Shown here piece by piece: positions 1 through 12,588 of a stretch of DNA of 64,000 nucleotides. The stretch lies in assembly GCA_950097015.1 (NCBI GenBank), contig CATNEN010000003.1:6076001-6140000 (forward strand). The letters run 5' to 3'. Both the position numbers and the translations under genes were made by a program. The DNA comes from Macrostomum hystrix (lineage: Eukaryota; Animalia; Platyhelminthes). Under the pieces are notes generated by a model that was not told where the DNA came from, made no database searches, and saw only the letters and a program-made list of their open reading frames with translations. Position 1 is the first letter of the stretch, and every line of letters starts with the position of its first letter.

Positions 1-3000
1 TAGTTTGTAGATTAGGGAAATCTCTAGTTTGTAGATTAGGGAAATCTCTAGTTTGTAGATTAGGGAAATCTCTAGTCTGTAGATTAGGGAAATCTCTAGT
101 TTGTAGATTAGGGAAATATCTAGCTTGTAGATTAGGCAAGTCTCTAATTTGTAGATTAGGGAAATCTCTAGTTTGTAGATTAGGGAAATCTCTAGTTTGT
201 AGATTAGGGAAATCTCTTTTTTGTAGATTAGGGAAATCTCTAGTTTGTAGATTAGGGAAATCTCTTTTTTGTAGATTAGGGAAATCTCTAGTTTGTAGAT
301 TAGGGAAATCTGTAGTTTGTAGATTAGGGAAATATCTAGCTTGTAGATTAGGGAAATATCTAGCTTGTAGATTAGGCAAGTCTCTAATTTGTAGATTAGG
401 GAAATCTCTAGTTTGTAGATTAGGGAAATATCTAGTTTGTAGATTAGGGAAATATCTAGCTTGTAGATTAGGGAAATATCTAGTTTGTAGATTAGGGAAA
501 TCTCTAGCTTGTAGATTAGGGAAATCTCTAGTTTGTAGATTAGGGAAATCTCTAGTTAGTAGATTAGGCAAGTCTCTAGTTTGTAGATTACGGAAATCTC
601 TAGTTTGTAGATTAGGGAAATCTCTAGCTTGTAGATTAGGGAAATCTCTAGTTTGTAGATTAGGGAAATCTCTAGCTTGTAGATTAGGGAAATCTCTAGT
701 TTGTAGATTAGGGAAATCTCTAGTTTGTAGATTAGGCAAGTCTCTAGTTTGTAGATTAGGAAAATCTCTAGTTTGTAGATTAGGGAAATATCTAGCTTGT
801 AGATTAGGGAAAGTCTCTAGTCTGTAGATTAGGGAAATCTCTAGTTTGTAGATTAGGGAAATATCTAGTTTGTAGATTAGGGAAATCTCTAGTTTGTAGA
901 TTAGGGAAATCTCTAGTTTGTAGATTAGGAAAATCTCTAGTTTGTAGATTAGGGAAATCTCTAGTTTGTAGATTAGGGAAATCTCTAGCTTGTAGATTAG
1001 GGAAATCTCTAGTTTGTAGATTAGGGAAATCTCTAGTTTGTAGATAAGGCAAGTCTCTAGTTTGTAGATTAGGAAAATCTCTAGTTTGTAGATTAGGGAA
1101 ATATCTAGCTTGTAGATTAGGGAAAGTCTCTAGTCTGTAGATTAGGGAAATCTCTAGTTTTTAGATTAGGGAAATATCTAGCTTGTAGATTAGGGAAATC
1201 TCTAGTTTCTAGATTTGGAAAATCTCTAGTTTGTAGATTAGGGAAATCTCTAGTTTGTAGATTAGGGAAATCTCTAGTTTGTAGATTAGGGAAATCTCTA
1301 GTTTGTAGATTAGGGAAATATCTAGCTTGTAGATTAGGGGAAGTCTCTAGTCTGTAGATTAGGGAAATCTCTAGTTTGTAGATTAGGGAAATATCTAGCT
1401 TGTAGATTAGGGAAATCTCTAGTTTCTAGATTTGGAAAATCTCTAGTTTGTAGATTAGGGAAATCTCTAGTTTGTAGATTAGGGAAATCTCTAGTTTGTA
1501 GATTAGGGAAATCTCTAGTTTGTAGATTAGGGAAATCTCTAGTTTGTAGATTAGGGAAATCTCTAGTTTGTAGATTAGGGAAATCTCTAGTTTGTAGATT
1601 AGGGAAATCTCTAGTTTGTAGATTAGGCAAGTCTCTAATTTGTAGATTAGGGAAATCTCTAGTTTGTCGATTAGGGAAATCTCTAGTTTGTAGATTAGGG
1701 AAATCTCTAGTTTGTAGATTAGGGAAATCTCTAGTTTGTAGATTAGGCAAGTCTCTAATTTGTAGATTGGGTGAAATCTCTAGTTTGTAAATTAGGGAAA
1801 TCTCTAGTTTGTAGATTAGGGAAATCTCTAGTTTGTAGATTAGGGAAATCTCTAGTTTGTAGATTAGGGAAATCTCTAGTCTGTAGATTAGGGAAATCTC
1901 TAGTTTGTAGATTAGGGAAATCTCTAGTTAGTAGATTAGGCAAGTCTCTAGTTTGTAGATTACGGAAATCTCTAGTTTGTAGATTAGGGAAATCTCTAGC
2001 TTGTAGATTAGGGAAATCTCTAGTTTGTAGATTAGGGAAATCTCTAGTTTGTAGATTGGGTGAAATCTCTAGTTTGTAGATTAGGGAAATATCTAGTTTG
2101 TAGATTAGGGAAATCTCTAGTTTGTAGATTAGGGAAATCTCTAGTTTGTAGATTAGGGAAATCTCTAGTTTCTAGATTTGGAAAATCTCTAGTTTGTAGA
2201 TTAGGGAAATCTCTAGTTTGTAGATTAGGGAAATCTCTAGTTTGTAGATTAGGGAAATCTCTAGTTTGTAGATTAGGGAAATCTCTAGTTTGTAGATTAG
2301 GGAAATCTCTAGTTTGTAGATTAGGGAAATATCTAGCTTGTAGATTAGGGAAAGTCTCTAGTCTGTAGATTAGGGAAATCTCTAGTTTGTAGATTAGGGA
2401 AATATCTAGTTTGTAGATTAGGGAAATCTCTAGTTTGTAGATTGGGTGAAATCTCTAGTTTGTAGATTAGGGAAATCTCTAGTTTGTAGATTACGGAAAT
2501 ATCTAGCTTGTAGATTAGGGAAATCTCTAGTTTCTAGATTTGGAAAATCTCTAGTTTGTAGATTAGGGAAATCTCTAGTTTGTAGATTAGGGAAATCTCT
2601 AGTTTGTAGATTAGGGAAATCTCTAGCTTGTAGATTAGGGAAATCTCTAGTTTGTAGATTAGGGAAATCTCTAGTTTGTAGATTAGGGAAATATCTAGTT
2701 TGTAGATTAGGGAAATCTCTAGTTTGTCGATTAGGGAAATCTCTAGTTTGTAGATTACGGAAATCTCTAGTTTGTAGATTACGGAAATCTCTAGCTTGTA
2801 GATTAGGGAAATCTCTAGTTTGTAGATTAGGGAAATCTCTAGTTTGTAGATTAGGGAAATCTCTAGTTTGTAGATTAGGGAAATATCTAGCTTGTAGATT
2901 AGGGGAAGTCTCTAGTCTGTAGATTAGGGAAATCTCTAGTTTGTAGATTAGGGAAATATCTAGCTTGTAGATTAGGGAAATCTCTAGTTTCTAGATTTGG

Positions 3001-6000
3001 AAAATCTCTAGTTTGTAGATTAGGGAAATATCTAGTTTGTAGATTAGGGAAATCTCTAGTTTGTCGATTAGGGAAATCTCTAGTTTGTAGATTAGGGAAA
3101 TCTCTAGTTTGTAGATTAGGGAAATCTCTAGTTTGTAGATTGGGGGAAATCTCTAGTTTGTAGATTAGGGAAATCTGTAGTTTGTAGATTGGGTGAAATC
3201 TCTAGTTTGTAAATTAGGGAAATCTCTAGTTTGTAGATTAGGGAAATCTCTAGTTTGTAGATTAGGGGAAATCTCTAGCTTGTAGATTAGGGAAATCTCT
3301 AGTTTGTAGATTGGGTGAAATCTCTAGTTTGTAAATTAGGGAAATCTCTAGTTTGTAAATTAGGGAAATCTCTAGTTTGTAGATTAGGGAAATCTCTAGT
3401 TTGTAGATTGGGTGAAATCTCTAGTTTGTAAATTAGGGAAATCTCTAGTTTGTAGATTAGGGAAATCTCTAGTTTGTAGATTAGGGAAATCTCTAGTTTG
3501 TAGATTAGGGAAATCTCTAGTCTGTAGATTAGGGAAATCTCTAGTTTGTAGATTAGGGAAATCTCTAGTTAGTAGATTAGGCAAGTCTCTAGTTTGTAGA
3601 TTACGGAAATCTCTAGTTTGTAGATTAGGGAAATCTCTAGCTTGTAGATTAGGGAAATCTCTAGTTTGTAGATTAGGGAAATCTCTAGCTTGTAGATTAG
3701 GGAAATCTCTAGTTTGTAGATTAGGGAAATCTCTAGTTTGTAGATTAGGCAAGTCTCTAGTTTGTAGATTAGGAAAATCTCTAGTTTGTAGATTAGGGAA
3801 ATATCTAGCTTGTAGATTAGGGAAAGTCTCTAGTCTGTAGATTAGGGAAATCTCTAGTTTGTAGATTAGGGAAATATCTAGTTTGTAGATTAGGGAAATC
3901 TCTAGTTTGTAGATTAGGGAAATCTCTAGTTTGTAGATTAGGAAAATCTCTAGTTTGTAGATTAGGGAAATCTCTAGTTTGTAGATTAGGGAAATCTCTA
4001 GCTTGTAGATTAGGGAAATCTCTAGTTTGTAGATTAGGAAAATCTCTAGTTTGTAGATAAGGCAAGTCTCTAGTTTGTAGATTAGGAAAATCTCTAGTTT
4101 GTAGATTAGGGAAATCTCTAGTTTGTAGATTAGGGAAATCTCTAGTTTGTAGATTAGGGAAATCTCTAGTTTGTAGATTAGGGAAATATCTAGCTTGTAG
4201 ATTAGGGGAAGTCTCTAGTCTGTAGATTAGGGAAATCTCTAGTTTGTAGATTAGGGAAATATCTAGCTTGTAGATTAGGGAAATCTCTAGTTTCTAGATT
4301 TGGAAAATCTCTAGTTTGTAGATTAGGGAAATCTCTAGTTTGTAGATTAGGGAAATCTCTAGTTTGTAGATTAGGGAAATCTCTAGTTTGTAGATTAGGG
4401 AAATCTCTAGTTTGTAGATTAGGGAAATCTCTAGTTTGTAGATTAGGGAAATCTCTAGTTTGTAGATTAGGGAAATCTCTAGTTTGTAGATTAGGCAAGT
4501 CTCTAATTTGTAGATTAGGGAAATCTCTAGTTTGTCGATTAGGGAAATCTCTAGTTTGTAGATTAGGGAAATCTCTAGTTTGTAGATTAGGGAAATCTCT
4601 AGTTTGTAGATTAGGCAAGTCTCTAATTTGTAGATTAGGGAAATCTCTAGTTTGTCGATTAGGGAAATCTCTAGTTTGTAGATTAGGGAAATCTCTAGTT
4701 TGTAGATTAGGGAAATCTCTAGTTTGTAGATTAGGGAAATCTCTAGTTCGTAGATTGGGGGAAATCTCTAGTTTGTAGATTAGGGAAATCTCTAGCTTGT
4801 AGATTAGGGAAATCTCTAGTTTGTAGATTAGGGAAATCTCTAGTTTCTAGATTTGGAAAATCTCTAGTTTGTCGATTAGGGAAATCTCTAGTTTGTAGAT
4901 TAGGGAAATCTCTAGTTTGTAGATTGGGTGAAATCTCTAGTTTGTAGATTAGGGAAATATCTAGTTTGTAGATTAGGGAAATCTCTAGTTTGTAGATTAG
5001 GGAAATCTCTAGTTTGTAGATTAGGGAAATCTCTAGTTTCTAGATTTGGAAAATCTCTAGTTTGTAGATTAGGGAAATCTCTAGTTTGTAGATTAGGGAA
5101 ATCTCTAGTTTGTAGATTAGGGAAATCTCTAGTTTGTAGATTAGGGAAGTCTCTAGTTTGTTGATTAGGGAAATCTCTAGTTTGTAGATTAGGGAAATAT
5201 CTAGCTTGTAGATTAGGGAAAGTCTCTAGTCTGTAGATTAGGGAAATCTCTAGTTTGTAGATTAGGGAAATATCTAGTTTGTAGATTAGGGAAATCTCTA
5301 GTTTGTAGATTGGGTGAAATCTCTAGTTTGTAGATTAGGGAAATCTCTAGTTTGTAGATTAGGGAAATCTCTAGCTTGTAGATTAGGGAAATCTCTAGTT
5401 TGTAGATTAGGGAAATCTCTAGTTTCTAGATTTGGAAAATCTCTAGTTTGTAGATTAGGGAAATCTCTAGTTTGTAGATTAGGGAAATCTCTAGTTTGTA
5501 GATTAGGGAAATATCTAGCTTGTAGATTAGGGAAATCTCTAGTTTGTAGATTAGGGAAATATCTAGTTTGTAGATTAGGGAAATCTCTAGTTTGTAGATT
5601 GGGTGAAATCTCTAGTTTGTAGATTAGGGAAATCTCTAGTTTGTAGATTAGGGAAATATCTAGCTTGTAGATTAGGGGAAGTCTCTAGTCTGTAGATTAG
5701 GGAAATCTCTAGTTTGTAGATTAGGGAAATATCTAGCTTGTAGATTAGGGAAATCTCTAGTTTCTAGATTTGGAAAATCTCTAGTTTGTAGATTAGGGAA
5801 ATCTCTAGTTTGTAGATTAGGGAAATCTCTAGTTTGTAGATTAGGGAAATCTCTAGTTTGTAGATTAGGGAAATCTCTAGTTTGTAGATTAGGGAAATCT
5901 CTAGTTTGTAGATTAGGGAAATCTCTAGTTTGTAGATTAGGGAAATCTCTAGTTTGTAGATTAGGCAAGTCTCTAATTTGTAGATTAGGGAAATCTCTAG

Positions 6001-9000
6001 TTTGTCGATTAGGGAAATCTCTAGTTTGTAGATTAGGGAAATCTCTAGTTTGTAGATTAGGGAAATCTCTAGTTTGTAGATTAGGCAAGTCTCTAATTTG
6101 TAGATTAGGGAAATCTCTAGTTTGTCGATTAGGGAAATCTCTAGTTTGTAGATTAGGGAAATCTCTAGTTTGTAGATTAGGGAAATCTCTAGTTTGTAGA
6201 TTAGGGAAATCTCTAGTTCGTAGATTGGGGGAAATCTCTAGTTTGTAGATTAGGGAAATCTCTAGCTTGTAGATTAGGGAAATCTCTAGTTTGTAGATTA
6301 GGGAAATCTCTAGTTTCTAGATTTGGAAAATCTCTAGTTTGTCGATTAGGGAAATCTCTAGTTTGTAGATTAGGGAAATCTCTAGTTTGTAGATTGGGTG
6401 AAATCTCTAGTTTGTAGATTAGGGAAATATCTAGTTTGTAGATTAGGGAAATCTCTAGTTTGTAGATTAGGGAAATCTCTAGTTTGTAGATTAGGGAAAT
6501 CTCTAGTTTCTAGATTTGGAAAATCTCTAGTTTGTAGATTAGGGAAATCTCTAGTTTGTAGATTAGGGAAATCTCTAGTTTGTAGATTAGGGAAATCTCT
6601 AGTTTGTAGATTAGGGAAATCTCTAGTTTGTAGATTAGGGAAATCTCTAGTTTGTAGATTAGGGAAATATCTAGCTTGTAGATTAGGGAAAGTCTCTAGT
6701 CTGTAGATTAGGGAAATCTCTAGTTTGTAGATTAGGGAAATATCTAGTTTGTAGATTAGGGAAATCTCTAGTTTGTAGATTGGGTGAAATCTCTAGTTTG
6801 TAGATTAGGGAAATCTCTAGCTTGTAGATTAGGGAAATCTCTAGTTTCTAGATTTGGAAAATCTCTAGTTTGTAGATTAGGGAAATCTCTAGTTTGTAGA
6901 TTAGGGAAATCTCTAGTTTGTAGATTAGGGAAATCTCTAGCTTGTAGATTAGGGAAATCTCTAGTTTGTAGATTAGGGAAATATCTAGTTTGTAGATTAG
7001 GGAAATCTCTAGTTTGTCGATTAGGGAAATCTCTAGTTTGTAGATTACGGAAATCTCTAGTTTGTAGATTACGGAAATCTCTAGCTTGTAGATTAGGGAA
7101 ATCTCTAGTTTGTAGATTAGGGAAATCTCTAGTTTGTAGATTAGGGAAATATCTAGTTTGTAGATTAGGGAAATCTCTAGTTTGTCGATTAGGGAAATCT
7201 CTAGTTTGTAGATTAGGGAAATCTCTAGTTTGTAGATTAGGGAAATCTCTAGTTTGTAGATTAGGGAAATCTCTAGTTTGTAGATTAGGGAAATATCTAG
7301 CTTGTAGATTAGGGGAAGTCTCTAGTCTGTAGATTAGGGAAATCTCTAGTTTGTAGATTAGGGAAATATCTAGCTTGTAGATTAGGGAAATCTCTAGTTT
7401 CTAGATTTGGAAAATCTCTAGTTTGTAGATTAGGGAAATATCTAGTTTGTAGATTAGGGAAATCTCTAGTTTGTAGATTAGGGAAATATCTAGTTTGTAG
7501 ATTAGGGAAATCTCTAGTTTGTAGATTAGGGAAATCTCTAGTTTGTAGATTAGGGAAATCTCTAGTTTGTAGATTAGGGAAATCTCTAGTTTGTAGATTA
7601 GGCAAGTCTCTAATTTGTAGATTAGGGAAATCTCTAGTTTGTAGATTAGGGAAATCTCTAGTTCGTAGATTGGGGGAAATCTCTAGTTTGTAGATTAGGG
7701 AAATCTCTAGTTTGTAGATTGGGTGAAATCTCTAGTTTGTAGATTAGGGAAATATCTAGTTTGTAGATTAGGGAAATCTCTAGTTTGTAGATTAGGGAAA
7801 TCTCTAGTTTGTAGATTAGGGAAATCTCTAGTTTCTAGATTTGGAAAATCTCTAGTTTGTAGATTAGGGAAATCTCTAGTTTGTAGATTAGGGAAATCTC
7901 TAGTTTGTAGATTAGGGAAATCTCTAGTTTGTAGATTAGGGAAATCTCTAGTTTGTAGATTAGGGAAATCTCTAGTTTGTAGATTAGGGAAATATCTAGC
8001 TTGTAGATTAGGGAAAGTCTCTAGTCTGTAGATTAGGGAAATCTCTAGTTTGTAGATTAGGGAAATATCTAGTTTGTAGATTAGGGAAATCTCTAGTTTG
8101 TAGATTGGGTGAAATCTCTAGTTTGTAGATTAGGGAAATCTCTAGCTTGTAGATTAGGGAAATCTCTAGTTTCTAGATTTGGAAAATCTCTAGTTTGTAG
8201 ATTAGGGAAATCTCTAGTTTGTAGATTAGGGAAATCTCTAGTTTGTAGATTAGGGAAATCTCTAGCTTGTAGATTAGGGAAATCTCTAGTTTGTAGATTA
8301 GGGAAATCTCTAGTTTGTAGATTAGGGAAATATCTAGTTTGTAGATTAGGGAAATCTCTAGTTTGTCGATTAGGGAAATCTCTAGTTTGTAGATTACGGA
8401 AATCTCTAGTTTGTAGATTACGGAAATCTCTAGCTTGTAGATTAGGGAAATCTCTAGTTTGTAGATTAGGGAAATCTCTAGTTTGTAGATTAGGGAAATA
8501 TCTAGTTTGTAGATTAGGGAAATCTCTAGTTTGTCGATTAGGGAAATCTCTAGTTTGTAGATTAGGGAAATCTCTAGTTTGTAGATTAGGGAAATCTCTA
8601 GTTTGTAGATTAGGGAAATCTCTAGTTTGTAGATTAGGGAAATATCTAGCTTGTAGATTAGGGGAAGTCTCTAGTCTGTAGATTAGGGAAATCTCTAGTT
8701 TGTAGATTAGGGAAATATCTAGCTTGTAGATTAGGGAAATCTCTAGTTTCTAGATTTGGAAAATCTCTAGTTTGTAGATTAGGGAAATATCTAGTTTGTA
8801 GATTAGGGAAATCTCTAGTTTGTCGATTAGGGAAATCTCTAGTTTGTAGATTAGGGAAATCTCTAGCTTGTAGATTAGGGAAATCTCTAGTTTGTCGATT
8901 AGGGAAATCTCTAGTTTGTAGATTAGGGAAATATCTAGCTTGTAGATTAGGGAAATCTCTAGTTTGTAGATTAGGGAAATCTCTAGTTTGTAGATTAGGG

Positions 9001-12000
9001 AAGTCTCTAGTTTGTAGATTAGGGAAATCTCTAGTTTGTAGATTAGGGAAATCTCTAGTTTGTAGATTAGGGAAATCTCTAGTTTCTAGATTTGGAAAAT
9101 CTCTAGTTTGTCGATTAGGGAAATCTCTAGTTTGTAGATTAGGGAAATATCTAGCTTGTAGATTAGGGAAATCTCTAGTTTCTAGATTTGGAAAATCTCT
9201 AGTTTGTAGATTAGGGAAATCTCTAGTTTGTAGATTAGGGAAATCTCTAGTTTGTAGATTAGGGAAATCTCTAGTTTGTAGATTAGGGAAATCTCTAGTT
9301 TGTAGATTAGGGAAATCTCTAGTTTGTAGATTAGGGAAATCTCTAGTTTGTAGATTAGGGAAATCTCTAGTTTGTAGATTAGGGAAATCTCTAGTTTGTA
9401 GATTAGGGAAATCTCTAGTTTGTAGATTAGGGAAATCTCTAGTTTGTAGATTAGGCAAGTCTCTAATTTGTAGATTAGGGAAATCTCTAGTTTGTCGATT
9501 AGGGAAATCTCTAGTTTGTAGATTAGGGAAATCTCTAGTTTGTAGATTAGGGAAATCTCTAGTTTGTAGATTAGGGAAATCTCTAGTTTGTAGATTAGGG
9601 AAATCTCTAGTTTGTAGATTAGGGAAATCTCTAGTTTGTAGATTAGGGAAATCTCTAGTTTGTCGATTAGGGAAATCTCTAGTTTGTAGATTAGGGAAAT
9701 ATCTAGCTTGTAGATTAGGGAAATCTCTAGTTTGTAGATTAGGGAAATCTCTAGTTTGTAGATTAGGGAAGTCTCTAGTTTGTAGATTAGGGAAATCTCT
9801 AGTTTGTAGATTAGGGAAATCTCTAGTTTGTAGATTAGGGAAATCTCTAGCTTGTAGATTAGGGGAAGTCTCTAGTCTGTAGATTAGGGAAATCTCTAGT
9901 TTGTAGATTAGGGAAATATCTAGCTTGTAGATTAGGGAAATCTCTAGTTTGTAGATTAGGGAAATCTCTAGTTTGTAGATTAGGGAAATCTCTAGTTTGT
10001 AGATTAGGCAAGTCTCTAATTTGTAGATTAGGGAAATCTCTAGTTTGTCGATTAGGGAAATCTCTAGTTTGTAGATTAGGGAAATCTCTAGTTTGTAGAT
10101 TAGGGAAATCTCTAGTTTGTAGATTAGGAAAATCTCTAGTTTGTAGATTAGGGAAATCTCTAGTTTGTAGATTAGGGAAATCTCTAGTTTGTAGATTAGG
10201 GAAATCTCTAGTCTGTAGATTAGGGAAATCTCTAGTTTGTAGATTAGGGAAATATCTAGCTTGTAGATTAGGGAAATCTCTAGTTTGTAGATTAGGGAAA
10301 TCTCTAGTTTGTAGATTAGGGAAATCTCTAGTTTGTAGATTAGGGAAATCTCTAGTCTGTAGATTAGGGAAATCTCTAGTTTGTAGATTAGGGAAATATC
10401 TAGCTTGTAGATTAGGGAAATCTCTAGTTTGTAGATTGGGTGAAATCTCTAGTTTGTAGATTAGGGAAATCTCTAGTTTGTAGATTAGGGAAATATCTAG
10501 CTTGTAGATTAGGGAAATCTCTAGTTTCTAGATTTGGAAAATCTCTAGTTTGTAGATTAGGGAAATCTCTAGTTTGTAGATTAGGGAAATCTCTAGCTTG
10601 TAGATTAGGGAAATCTCTAGTTTGTAGATTAGGGAAATCTCTAGCTTGTAGATTAGGGAAATCTCTAGTTTGTAGATTAGGGAAATCTCTAGTTTGTCGA
10701 TTAGGGAAATCTCTAGTTTGTAGATTAGGGAAATCTCTAGTTTGTAGATTAGGAAATCTCTAGCTTGTATATTAGGGAAATCTCTAGTTTGTAGATTAGG
10801 GAAATCTCTAGCTTGTAGATTAGGGAAATCTCTAGTTTGTAGATTAGGGAAATCTCTAGTTTGTAGATTAGGGAAATCTCTAGTTTGTAGATTAGGCAAG
10901 TCTCTAATTTGTAGATTAGGGAAATCTCTAGTTTGTAGATTAGGGAAATCTCTAGTTTGTAGATTAGGGAAATATCTAGCTTGTAGATTAGGGAAATCTC
11001 TAGTTCGTAGATTGGGGGAAATCTCTAGTTTGTTGATTAGGGAAATCTCTAGTTTGTAGATTAGGGAAATCTCTAGTTTGTAGATTAGGGAAATCTCTAG
11101 TTTGTAGATTAGGGAAATCTCTAGTTTGTAGATTAGGGAAATCTCTAGTTTGTAGATTAGGGAAATCTCTTTTTTGTAGATTAGGGAAATCTCTAGTTTG
11201 TAGATTAGGGAAAACTCTAGTTTGTAGATTAGGGAAATCTCTAGTTTGTAGATTAGAGAAATCTCTAGTTTGTTGATTAGGGAAATCTCTAGTTTGTAGA
11301 TTAGGGAAATCTCTAGTTTGTAGATTAGGGAAATCTCTAGCTTGTAGATTAGGGAAATCTCTAGTTTGTAGATTAGGGAAATCTCTAGTTTGTAGATTAG
11401 GGAAATCTCTAGTTTGTAGATTAGGGAAATCTCTAGTTTGTAGATTAGGGAAATCTCTAGTTTGTAGATTAGGGAAATCTCTAGTTTGTAGATTAGGCAA
11501 GTCTCTAATTTGTAGATTAGGGAAATCTCTAGTTTGTCGATTAGGGAAATCTCTAGTTTGTAGATTAGGGAAATCTCTAGTTTGTAGATTAGGGAAATCT
11601 CTAGTTTGTAGATTAGGGAAATCTCTAGTTTGTAGATTAGGGAAATCTCTAGTTTGTAGATTAGGCAAGTCTCTAATTTGTAGATTAGGGAAATCTCTAG
11701 TTTGTCGATTAGGGAAATCTCTAGTTTGTAGATTAGGGAAATCTCTAGCTTGTAGATTAGGGAAATCTCTAGTTTGTAGATTAGGGAAATCTCTAGTTTG
11801 TAGATTAGGGAAATCTCTAGTTTGTAGATTAGGGAAATCTCTAGTTTGTAGATTAGGGAAATCTCTAGTTTGTAGATTAGGGAAATCTCTAGTTTCTAGA
11901 TTTGGAAAATCTCTAGTTTGTAGATTAGGGAAATCTCTAGTTTGTCGATTAGGGAAATCTCTAGTTTGTAGATTAGGGAAATCTCTAGTTTGTAGATTGG

Positions 12001-12451
12001 GGGAAATCTCTAGCTTGTAGATTAGGGAAATCTCTAGTTTGTAGATTAGGGGAAATCTCTAGTTTGTAGATTAGGGAAATCTCTAGCTTGTAGATTGGGG
12101 AAATCTCTTGCTTGTAGATTAGGGAAATCTCTAGTTTGTAGATTAGGGAAATCTCTAGTTCGTATATTGGGGGAAATCTCTAGTTTATAGATTAGGGAAA
12201 TCTCTAGTTTGTAGATTAGGGAAATCTCTAGTTTGTCGATTAGGGAAATCTCTAGTTTGTAGATTAGGGAAATCTCTAGTTTGTAGATTGGGGGAAATCT
12301 CTAGTTTGTAGATTAGGGGAAATCTCTAGTTTGTAGATTAGGGAAATCTCTAGCTTGTAGATTGGGGAAATCTCTTGCTTGTAGATTAGGGAAATCTCTA
12401 GTTTGTAGATTAGGGAAATCTCTAGTTTGTAGATTAGGGAAATCTCTAGTT
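1..12451. repeat. 24-bp satellite (TAGTTTGTAGATTAGGGAAATCTC)n, >12.4 kb, runs off the left edge
   Basis: Directly visible tandem 24-mers with recurrent variants (ATATCTAGC, GGCAAGTC, TTCTAGATTTGG, GGGTGAAA). The ORFs here are 8-aa-periodic artefacts. Confidence 0.99.
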
Positions 12452-12545
12452 GCATAATAGGAAACTTTCTATTATGTTTGAACTAAATTCTTATCTTTAA
12501 GTTTTACATCTGGATTTCCTATCAAAGTTTCAGTTTTTTTCCCTT

Positions 12546-12582
<37 letters not shown>

Positions 12583-12588
12583 TTCAAG

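Noticed and set aside
804-11668. Many ORFs with NLQTRDFP / KSLVCRLG repeats
   Set aside because: Translations of a 24-bp satellite that is open on both strands; alternative starts, frameshifting monomers and no splice context.
1-12451. Telomere, because of TTAGGG
   Set aside because: Only one TTAGGG per 24-mer, and the G-rich strand points into the genes; a left chromosome end would read (CCCTAA)n.
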